Positions 1 to 6,516 of a stretch of DNA of 13,627 nucleotides are shown piece by piece. Position numbers and translations under genes: made by a program. Positions within the stretch are counted from its first letter, which is position 1; every line of letters begins with the position of its first letter. The notes under the pieces were generated by a model. The model saw only the letters and a list, made by a program, of their open reading frames with translations, did no database searches and had not been told where the DNA came from. The DNA comes from Rhodothermales bacterium. Lineage in GTDB: Bacteria > Bacteroidota > Rhodothermia > Rhodothermales > VXPQ01. The DNA lies in assembly GCA_040904565.1 (NCBI GenBank), contig JBBDTI010000026.1, forward strand, positions 1-13,627. The letters are read 5' to 3'.

Positions 1-125
1 TCGAGGATGCCGACTTCGCGAAGGAGCAGATGGAGATCGTCAAGCTCCAGATCCTCCAGCAGACCGGCGTCGCCGCGCTCGCGCAGGCGAATACCGGACC
101 GCAGTCGGTGCTCTCGTTGTTCTAG
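1..125 (+). CDS. fliC: Flagellin, C-terminal end (partial, 5' truncated by window)
   Basis: Frame starting at base 3 reads [40 protein letters not shown], the classic flagellin C-terminal D0 helix; TAG at 123-125. Confidence 0.96.
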   Translation, partial: EDADFAKEQMEIVKLQILQQTGVAALAQANTGPQSVLSLF

Positions 126-131
126 CCTGAC

Positions 132-218
132 AAAAAATAGGGGGACTCACGCAGCCGCTCGATAGCAGCCCTCACGCGCTACGTTCGGTCTGCTTCTTCG
201 CTGCGCTGCGCGAGTCCC
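132..218 (-). terminator. Long GC-rich hairpin followed on the - strand by a U-tract; candidate terminator of the glycosyltransferase transcript
   Basis: 142-155 (GGGACTCACGCAGC) pairs with 205-218 (GCTGCGCGAGTCCC). The A149/C211 mismatch is a G.U wobble on the - strand, and the - strand continues CCTATTTTTT (A-run 132-137). Confidence 0.5.
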
Positions 219-313
219 TGAGCCCCACACGAGGCCCAACCTGAGGGAACGGTTCTGGCGATCATGGTTCCACTTGGGCCTCGGCGGATCCGGTCAGGGT
301 CCGCCTCGCATCT

Positions 314-348
314 CGGCTCCCGCTTCCGCGGGGGCCGTTTTGCGTTTG
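314..348 (+). terminator. Rho-independent terminator of flagellin
   Basis: Stem CGGCTCCCGC / loop TTCC / GCGGGGGCCG (10 bp, one U.G) followed by TTTTGCGTTT. Confidence 0.8.
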
Positions 349-392
349 TGCGGGCTCGATATCGGTGAAGATTATCTCATAGGTGCATGGTA

Positions 393-1577
393 TCAGGCGT
401 GAGCTGCCTCCGTTTCGGCCAGCACGAGATTCGTCTTCAGCGTACCGATGAGGGACTTGACTATCTGCGTGTCGTGTGACCCTTTTTCGTGTAACGCGGA
501 GAATACCTGCTCGTGATCGTTGAGTCCTACTCTCCCGCAGATCTTTGCGAGGGCGGCCAGAACCTGACGGGTGTTTAGCAGGAATCGGACGGAGTCGTTC
601 CCCGCTTCATTTACGTCGAACGCTTCGAGCAACATCAACATGCCGTCGGAGATCTGCCGCGCCAGCAGCAGCGCCAGTCCGGTCGTGTAGTAAGCTACGG
701 GCTCGTCGCGATCCAGCGTGAGCATGTCGTTGCAGTGCACGAGCGCCATAGGGGCGTTTTGCAGCTTGAGCGCGGTATGCGCCGCCAGAAGGTGCGTATA
801 AAACGCGTTCAGCGGGTTGAGAAAGCTGTAGTCGATGGCATTGAAGACGCTCGCGGCGTCCTCGTAGCGTTGCGTAACGAAGTACCCCACCCCGAGCTGG
901 TATCCGTAATAGGCTCGAAAGGTCTCGGACTGAGGGTTCTCGAATTCGTATCGGAGCAGCTTCAGTCGCGGCTCGTACTTGGCCTTCATCTTCGGGAGGC
1001 TCAGCGCATACCCGGTATGCACGACCTCGGCCTCCACGCGAACGACGCGAAGTCCAGACTTCTCCTGGACGGCTTTCACGGCCTCGTCAATCTGATTGTG
1101 CACGCGCCCGATGTAGCGAATGCGCCGGTCATTCCTGACGATGCGCGTCTGATACATCCGATCGGCGGACAGAATCTGATCGTCCGGCATCAGGTTCTTC
1201 ACCAGCAGCTGTACGGCCGCGAGATCGCCCTGTCGCAGACTCTTGCGAATGCGATTCCACTCCGCCCTTCCCTCGATATACTCGTCACCGTCGAGGATGA
1301 GCAGATAGTCGCCTCCGGCCGCATCGAGGCTGTGATTGCGCGCGATCGAGAACGAGTCGGGCCATTCGATCTCTTCAAGAACGTCGGCGTACTGCCGGGC
1401 GATATCTATCGTCTCGTCCGTCGATCCCGTATCGATGATGACAATCTCATCGACGTGCGGACGGGCCAGACGAAGGCACCGCTCCAGCGTGGCGGCCTCG
1501 TTCTTGACGATCATACATAAGGAGAGCGACGTCGAGTCGCCTCGCTTCTGTCCTATTCGGCGTGGACCCCTGCTCAT
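393..1577 (-). CDS. Family 2 glycosyltransferase with C-terminal TPR-like repeats; probable flagellin glycosyltransferase
   Basis: SLCMIVKNE, DTGSTD, FSIARN, DGDE (DxD), VHNQ and HTGY motifs; helical TPR-like C-terminus (YYGYQLG..YEDA, AYYTTGLALL); adjacent to fliC. Confidence 0.88.
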   Translation of the reverse strand: MSRGPRRIGQKRGDSTSLSLCMIVKNEAATLERCLRLARPHVDEIVIIDTGSTDETIDIARQYADVLEEIEWPDSFSIARNHSLDAAGGDYLLILDGDEYIEGRAEWNRIRKSLRQGDLAAVQLLVKNLMPDDQILSADRMYQTRIVRNDRRIRYIGRVHNQIDEAVKAVQEKSGLRVVRVEAEVVHTGYALSLPKMKAKYEPRLKLLRYEFENPQSETFRAYYGYQLGVGYFVTQRYEDAASVFNAIDYSFLNPLNAFYTHLLAAHTALKLQNAPMALVHCNDMLTLDRDEPVAYYTTGLALLLARQISDGMLMLLEAFDVNEAGNDSVRFLLNTRQVLAALAKICGRVGLNDHEQVFSALHEKGSHDTQIVKSLIGTLKTNLVLAETEAAHA

Positions 1578-1665
1578 ACAGCTTCGCAGTAAAGGGTTGA
1601 GGTAAGCTCCGTGAAAGCGTCGTGCTCTTCAGGAACGGCTTCGGTTCGTATTTCCCGATCCATGA

Positions 1666-1681
1666 TGCGGGAAACGTGCCA
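1666..1681 (-). promoter_or_regulatory. sigma54 (RpoN) -24/-12 promoter for the glycosyltransferase
   Basis: The - strand reads TGGCAC-GTTTC-CCGCA; GG and GC are conserved at canonical spacing, ~90 nt upstream of ATG 1577. Confidence 0.6.
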
Positions 1682-1874
1682 AACAGGTCCGGCCGCTCCA
1701 TACAGGAAGGAACGTTCCGCTGAACCAGCGTCCCTTCGCGGCCAACGAATGGGCGACGTACAGACCCCCTCCTCTCTGGAGGCCGCATCCGCGGAAAGGT
1801 CGCGTTTAACTACGGGATGGAGATGCCGATACCACCAGTGTTCACGGACTCCGGCCGACCGCACCAATGGTGTC

Positions 1875-1905
1875 GGAAATGCCTTCCCTGCTGGAAAAAC
1901 ATTCC
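1875..1905. promoter_or_regulatory. Tandem palindromic sites GGAA-N5-TTCC; candidate enhancer (UAS) for the sigma54 activator
   Basis: GGAAATGCCTTCC (1875-1887) and GGAAAAACATTCC (1893-1905), located between two divergent sigma54 motifs. Confidence 0.5.
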
Positions 1906-1958
1906 GGGAAGGTGGGGCCTGTAGGAGAACCCGCACCTAGAACCAGACGTGCTGAGTA

Positions 1959-1974
1959 CGGCACATAACTTGCC
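1959..1974 (+). promoter_or_regulatory. sigma54 -24/-12 promoter for fliS-fliD-fliT
   Basis: CGGCAC-ATAAC-TTGCC, near-consensus, 32 nt before ATG 2006. Confidence 0.78.
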
Positions 1975-2005
1975 AGAACCGTTCACACAGAAGTTTACGA
2001 TTGTT

Positions 2006-2326
2006 ATGCATACAACAGCTCGCATGCGTCAGTACCAGCAGCAGGCGATCGCTTCGTCCTCGCCGGCGCAGCTCGTACTGAAGCTGTACGACCTAGGCAT
2101 TCAATGCTGCCGCCAGGACGATCGCCCCAAACTACGCCGGGTACTCGCCGAGCTGGTAGGAAGCCTCAACTTCGAAGAAGGCGGTGAAATCGCTGAACGC
2201 CTCTACGACCTCTACGAATTCTGCATCAACGAAAGCATCAGCGGCGACGTGGAGCTCATCGGCTCCATACTCGGCGATCTGCGTGCGACGTGGAAAGAAT
2301 CCGTCGTGTCGCGCCAGGCCGCGTAG
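2006..2326 (+). CDS. fliS: Flagellin export chaperone FliS (short form, 106 aa)
   Basis: YQQQAIASSSPAQLVLKLYD, LVGSLNFEEGGEIAERLYDLYEFC and LRATW motifs. Start moved to ATG 2006 because GTG 1949 lies upstream of the sigma54 promoter. Confidence 0.92.
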   Translation: MHTTARMRQYQQQAIASSSPAQLVLKLYDLGIQCCRQDDRPKLRRVLAELVGSLNFEEGGEIAERLYDLYEFCINESISGDVELIGSILGDLRATWKESVVSRQAA

Positions 2327-2393
2327 CCACGTATAAATATTCCATGTACGCCCGATCGCCCGCTGGGCGCCACACACGAATCCTACATTCGAT

Positions 2394-3881
2394 ATGAGCA
2401 CGATCTCCGCCTTCCGACAGAACGACCCCTACGAGCAGCTCATCCAGCAGATGCTCGCCATCGAAGCCCAGCCCAAGGATCGGCTCATCGAGCAGAAGGG
2501 GACGAAGTCGCGCATCAAGACGGTGATAAGCGATGTCAACAGCAACCTGTCGGCCCTTCATACGATCGTCAAGGATTTCAAGAGTGTGCTCTCGAATCCG
2601 TTCGACGCAAAATCCGCCACCGTCGCAGACGGCAGCGGGTTCTCCATCTCCGCCGGCTCAAAAGCGGCGTACGGCTCGCACTCCCTCGAGGTACTGCGCC
2701 TCGCTTCCGCCGACACCCGCATTTCGAAACAGATGACGTCGTCGGGAACCGATCTACGATCCTTTTTTGATACGAACGGCCAGCAGACCTTTTCCGTCGA
2801 GGTCGCCCATCCCATCGACGGCGATCCCGACAACCGGGTCGCCATCGACGTGACGGTGGACCCCGTCGGCACCACGGATGGCGAAATCATGGACGAGATA
2901 CGCGCCGCCATCAAGACGTCCATGGATGCGGCCGTCGACGCGGGCACCATCGAGAAGGACGAGGCCGCAAACGCCTCCGTCGTCAAAGAAACGTCCTCGA
3001 CCTCCCGTCTGTCCCTTAAGAGCGGGCAGACCGGGTTCACGAACCGTCTTGCGTTTACCGACTCGGCCAATGGACTCATATCGTTGCTGGAGCTCGACGC
3101 CAATGTCGTGGCTTCAGGCACGGGAGGCGGGCAGGTGACCGCCGTCGGTACGAGCGAGACCGATTCGGAGCTCAACAGCAAATTCGTGCTCGACGGCCTC
3201 ACGCTGTATCGGGACGCGAACAGCGTGAGTGACGCGCTGACCGACGTGACGATCAATCTCACGGAAGCGGGACTGGGCAGTAAAGACTTCAGTATCGCGG
3301 CCGACAAGGACAGTATCAAAGGTGAGATCGAAGGCCTCATCAAGAAATACAATACCGTGATGACCCATCTGGAAGGCAAGATGAAGGTCGACGGTGACGC
3401 CGGCATCCGCGGAGACCTTGCGGGCGACAGCACCTTCCGGGGCCTCCGGTTCGGACTGCGGAACGACATGGCGGAGATGGTCTCCGGGCAGCCGGCCGAC
3501 GGACCCTCCTTTCTCTCCGACATAGGGATCGAGGTGCAGGACGACGGCACGCTGGTTTTGAGTGACGTGGACGAGCTGCTGGCGGCCGTCGAACAGGACG
3601 CGGATGCCGTGGAAAGCCTCTTCGCCGGCGACGACGGGATCGCCACGCGGCTTCAGAACCGGATCGACCGTTTCGTCGGATCCGGAGGGATCCTGAGCCA
3701 GCGCCTGGAATCGATCGATACGTCCATTCGCCGGCTCGACGGACGCATCAGCAACTGGGACGATAAACTGGCGAGACGGGAAGATTCCCTTCGCCTGCGC
3801 TTTGCACGCATGCAGGAAGCCATCGCCAACCTCCAGGGCCAGCAGCAGAATATGAACTCCTTCTTCGGCGGCGGATTCTAA
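2394..3881 (+). CDS. fliD: Flagellar filament cap protein FliD (HAP2)
   Basis: N-terminal LIQQMLAIEAQPKDRL, LEVLRLAS, LDGLTLYRDANSVSDALTDVTINL, LAGDSTFR, LSDIGI and C-terminal REDSLRLRFARMQEAIANLQGQQ. Confidence 0.95.
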   Translation: MSTISAFRQNDPYEQLIQQMLAIEAQPKDRLIEQKGTKSRIKTVISDVNSNLSALHTIVKDFKSVLSNPFDAKSATVADGSGFSISAGSKAAYGSHSLEVLRLASADTRISKQMTSSGTDLRSFFDTNGQQTFSVEVAHPIDGDPDNRVAIDVTVDPVGTTDGEIMDEIRAAIKTSMDAAVDAGTIEKDEAANASVVKETSSTSRLSLKSGQTGFTNRLAFTDSANGLISLLELDANVVASGTGGGQVTAVGTSETDSELNSKFVLDGLTLYRDANSVSDALTDVTINLTEAGLGSKDFSIAADKDSIKGEIEGLIKKYNTVMTHLEGKMKVDGDAGIRGDLAGDSTFRGLRFGLRNDMAEMVSGQPADGPSFLSDIGIEVQDDGTLVLSDVDELLAAVEQDADAVESLFAGDDGIATRLQNRIDRFVGSGGILSQRLESIDTSIRRLDGRISNWDDKLARREDSLRLRFARMQEAIANLQGQQQNMNSFFGGGF

Positions 3882-3937
3882 TTCCGGGTATCAAAACAAG
3901 ACGCCGCCCCCCACCCGACTCATTCGCACACACCCAT

Positions 3938-4279
3938 ATGTCCGATCCTATCCTTCAGCAGCTCTTCGATCTGGGCGAAAAGATGAAAAATGCCCTCGAG
4001 AGCGGCGAAATCAACACGTATTACGACCTTGTCGGCGAACGTGGCACACTCCTTGATACTCTTGAGTCATACCGGCATCCGTCGGACGTCGCGTCGAACT
4101 GGAAGGAGATGGCGACCGCCCTGGCCGACCAGAACGACGAATTGATGGAAGCTGCCGAAACGGAGCAGCGACGGATCCGTGACGCGATCACACGGTTCGA
4201 GCAGGTTCGGAGCGCCCAGCGTTCCTACCTCCACCCGACCGGACGATCGAACATTCTAAACGAGAATCTTAGGGTCTAG
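3938..4279 (+). CDS. fliT: FliT-like helical chaperone
   Basis: 113 aa, helical pattern, LVGERGTLLDTL segment and C-terminal AQRSY typical of FliT-like proteins; directly after fliD. Confidence 0.6.
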   Translation: MSDPILQQLFDLGEKMKNALESGEINTYYDLVGERGTLLDTLESYRHPSDVASNWKEMATALADQNDELMEAAETEQRRIRDAITRFEQVRSAQRSYLHPTGRSNILNENLRV

Positions 4280-4314
4280 TCAAGAAGTGTCTAGCAAAAA
4301 GTTTTGCGAACGAC

Positions 4315-4341
4315 TTAAGTTTTGAAGTCGGACGCCGATAC
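4315..4341 (+). promoter_or_regulatory. sigma28 (FliA) promoter for flgM
   Basis: TTAAGTTT-N11-GCCGATAC versus consensus TAAAGTTT-N11-GCCGATAA. Confidence 0.85.
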
Positions 4342-4393
4342 TGAGCATGAGGCCTTTATACTGGAGTCAGCCGCGCACCATAGGATCGGGATC

Positions 4394-4735
4394 ATGAATA
4401 TTTCAGACGTCAACGGCAGTTCCCTTCGCACGGATCAGCTCAAGAACGCCGGTGTCGGCCGGCCGGAGCCCGCCGGGCCGGGACGCGAGGCAGCGGACGA
4501 GGCGGCTCAGACGACCTCCGACCGCGTCGAACTCTCAGACAAGGCGAAGACTTCGACGCCGTCCTCCGAAGAGCTCACGTTTGCCCGCAACGCGCTGCAA
4601 AACGTTCCGGAGCTTTCGGCGGACCGGACGGCGGAGATCAAAGACCGCATTCAGACCGGGTACTACAGCAACCCCGACACCCTCCAGACCATCGCAGAAC
4701 GTCTGGGCAACGAACTGGCCGGCGGATCCAATTAG
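4394..4735 (+). CDS. flgM: Anti-sigma28 factor FlgM
   Basis: MNIS start, DRVELSDKA, VPELSADRTAEIKDRIQTGYY...IAERL. ATG 4394 lies downstream of the sigma28 promoter, whereas TTG 4322 lies inside it. Confidence 0.92.
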   Translation: MNISDVNGSSLRTDQLKNAGVGRPEPAGPGREAADEAAQTTSDRVELSDKAKTSTPSSEELTFARNALQNVPELSADRTAEIKDRIQTGYYSNPDTLQTIAERLGNELAGGSN

Positions 4736-4760
4736 CCCGCCGTCCGCCGATTCCCAAATC

Positions 4761-4806
4761 GAAAAAAGCCGGACCGCCGAGAGAGGCGCGTCCGGCTTCT
4801 TTTGTT
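4761..4806. terminator. Bidirectional Rho-independent terminator between flgM and the response regulator
   Basis: AAAAAAGCCGGAC-CGCC-GAGAGA-GGCG-C-GTCCGGCTTCTTTT, with an A-tract before and a T-tract after the stem. Confidence 0.88.
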
Positions 4807-4880
4807 ATCCCATCCAGGCGTCGACGCAACGGGTCAGGCCTCCAGCCCCTCAACCGCACGACGCTCGCGACAGCGATCGA

Positions 4881-6278
4881 TCACGAAATGTGTCCCTCTT
4901 CTCTATACCTTTTTAGCTTGTTCCGAATCGTGCGTGCACTGATCCCCAACTGCTCCGCCGCGCGCTGCTGATTGTTGTCCGATACGTCGAGCGCCTTCAT
5001 AATCATGTGGCGCTCCATCTCTTCGATCGTCGTGAGCTTGGGAATAAACACCTCCTCACCCCCCTCCCCGGCAGTTCGCGCATCGGAGAAAAAATCATTG
5101 AAGACGTCTTCAGATTCGATGGTCTCGCGTTCGGCAGATAGGAGCACGCCGCGCTGGACCATATTCTCCAGCTCTCGCACATTCCCCGGCCACGAATAGT
5201 CCGTAAAATACTCGAGCAGATCGCCGGATATCGACTTGGTCGGAAGGCCGTACAGCGTGCAGTACTTCTCGACGAAGTGATCCGCCAGCAGGGGGATGTC
5301 GGACCGTCGGTCTCGTAGCGGCGGCACGCTCAGTGGGAAGACGGACAATCTGTGATACAGGTCGTCGCGAAAGATGCCTTCCTCGATCGCCTCTCCCACA
5401 TTTCGGTTGCTCGTGGCGATGACGCGCACGTCGACCTTTTGCGTCTCGGACGAGCCCACCTTCTGGAATTCGTGCTCCTGAAGTACGCGGAGGAGTTTGG
5501 CCTGCACCGGCAGATCGATTTCCGTGATTTCATCCAGCAGCAACGTACCGCCGTCGGCCCGCTCGAAGGCACCCGTCATGTCGTCGATGGCACCCGTGAA
5601 AGCTCCCTTCCGATGGCCGAACAGATGGCTCTCTACGAGCTCACGAGGAAGATTGGCACAGTTCAACGTAACGTACGGTCCGTCGCTGCGATTACTCGAC
5701 TCGTGGACCAGCTTGGCCAGAATCTCCTTCCCCGTTCCACTCTCGCCTTGAACGAAAACGGGGGCCTGGTTCTTGCTGAGCCGCGGAAGCATGTCCTTCA
5801 GGCGGAGAATAGAAGGATGCTCCCCCACGTATTCCACGGAAGGGGCCGACGATTTCTTCTTCGAGCGTTTCGTCCGTTTTTCAGTCGCTTCGACCGGTGC
5901 CGGATCCTCCCTGGCGAGGACGGACTGAACACGCTCGACCAGTTCCGTCGTCGAAAAGGGTTTGGGGATGTAGTCGATGGCACCGCTCTTCATCGACCGC
6001 ACGGCATGCTGGACATTTGCATGGGCGGTAATCATGATTACCTTCGTACGCGGGTGCTCAAGACGAATGTGGGAGAGGAGCTCCAACCCGTCCATATCCG
6101 GCATCATGAAGTCCGTCACGACGAGATCGTATGGATCGCTCTCGAGCGCCTCCATCGCCTGCTCGGCGTTGAGACAGCTCTTCACTTCCATGCCACTGCG
6201 TGAGAAAAGCCTGTCGAACAAACTGTGCAGCAACTGTTCGTCATCGACGAAGAGGATCTTCGGCTTCTTCGTGTCCAT
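4881..6278 (-). CDS. sigma54-dependent response regulator (REC-AAA+-Fis HTH), FleR/FlgR/NtrC-type flagellar activator
   Basis: REC (FVDDE, VTDFMMPDMDG, IMITAH, YIPKPF), Walker A GESGTGKE, ESHLFGHRKGAFTGA, LLLDEI, WPGNVRELEN, HTH AAEQLGISARTIRNKL; likely start ATG 6278 (MDTKKPK). Confidence 0.95.
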   Translation of the reverse strand: MDTKKPKILFVDDEQLLHSLFDRLFSRSGMEVKSCLNAEQAMEALESDPYDLVVTDFMMPDMDGLELLSHIRLEHPRTKVIMITAHANVQHAVRSMKSGAIDYIPKPFSTTELVERVQSVLAREDPAPVEATEKRTKRSKKKSSAPSVEYVGEHPSILRLKDMLPRLSKNQAPVFVQGESGTGKEILAKLVHESSNRSDGPYVTLNCANLPRELVESHLFGHRKGAFTGAIDDMTGAFERADGGTLLLDEITEIDLPVQAKLLRVLQEHEFQKVGSSETQKVDVRVIATSNRNVGEAIEEGIFRDDLYHRLSVFPLSVPPLRDRRSDIPLLADHFVEKYCTLYGLPTKSISGDLLEYFTDYSWPGNVRELENMVQRGVLLSAERETIESEDVFNDFFSDARTAGEGGEEVFIPKLTTIEEMERHMIMKALDVSDNNQQRAAEQLGISARTIRNKLKRYREEGHIS

Positions 6279-6419
6279 GTCGCGGGAGTACTGATTGAAT
6301 GGCAGCTCGTCGTCCCCACCCCCTACCGGCACAGATACTTCGAATACGCCCGAGCCAGGTGAATGAAGGCCGCTTGACAACCTTTATGGTACGCAGGATT
6401 CGACGTCTAATATAGCTTG

Positions 6420-6428
6420 ATTATAGCA
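6420..6428 (-). promoter_or_regulatory. Extended -10 (TGn-TATAAT) housekeeping-sigma promoter for the response regulator
   Basis: The - strand reads TGCTATAAT within the conspicuously AT-rich patch 6407-6443, ~140 nt upstream of ATG 6278. Confidence 0.55.
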
Positions 6429-6516
6429 TTCTTAAAGAAATGCATCCACCAAAACTTCTCACCCGTGCCTCTCCCGTACTGTAGCGCGACGGCAAATGGC
6501 GCGACGTAGATCGACC

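Noticed and set aside
126-348. Hairpin cluster as tRNA, CRISPR array or IS end
   Set aside because: No cloverleaf or T-loop motif, no repeat-spacer periodicity, and no transposase or terminal inverted repeats with target duplication.
1574-1936. 120-aa - strand ORF (or a 29-aa version from ATG 1663 ending LYCEAV) overlapping the GT start by ATGA; considered as a glycocin-like RiPP precursor for a SunS-like GT2
   Set aside because: It runs through the sigma54 motif and enhancer-like sites, and ATG 1663 lies upstream of the predicted TSS. There is no double-glycine leader or transporter, and flagellin is the simpler substrate.
2558-3646. Long antisense ORFs (also 735-1520, 5352-6203, 10097-10942, 12196-12936)
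   Set aside because: Shadow frames of well-supported genes, expected in GC-rich DNA; no recognisable motifs.
4322-4393. Upstream extensions called by the ORF track for flgM (4322), fliS (1949), flgB (7638) and the regulator (6380)
   Set aside because: For flgM, fliS and flgB the extensions overlap predicted promoters. In all four cases family resemblance begins at the downstream ATG.
6374-6402. Perfect TTGACA on the + strand suggesting an antisense promoter into the kinase
   Set aside because: No plausible -10 hexamer at 16-18 bp spacing.
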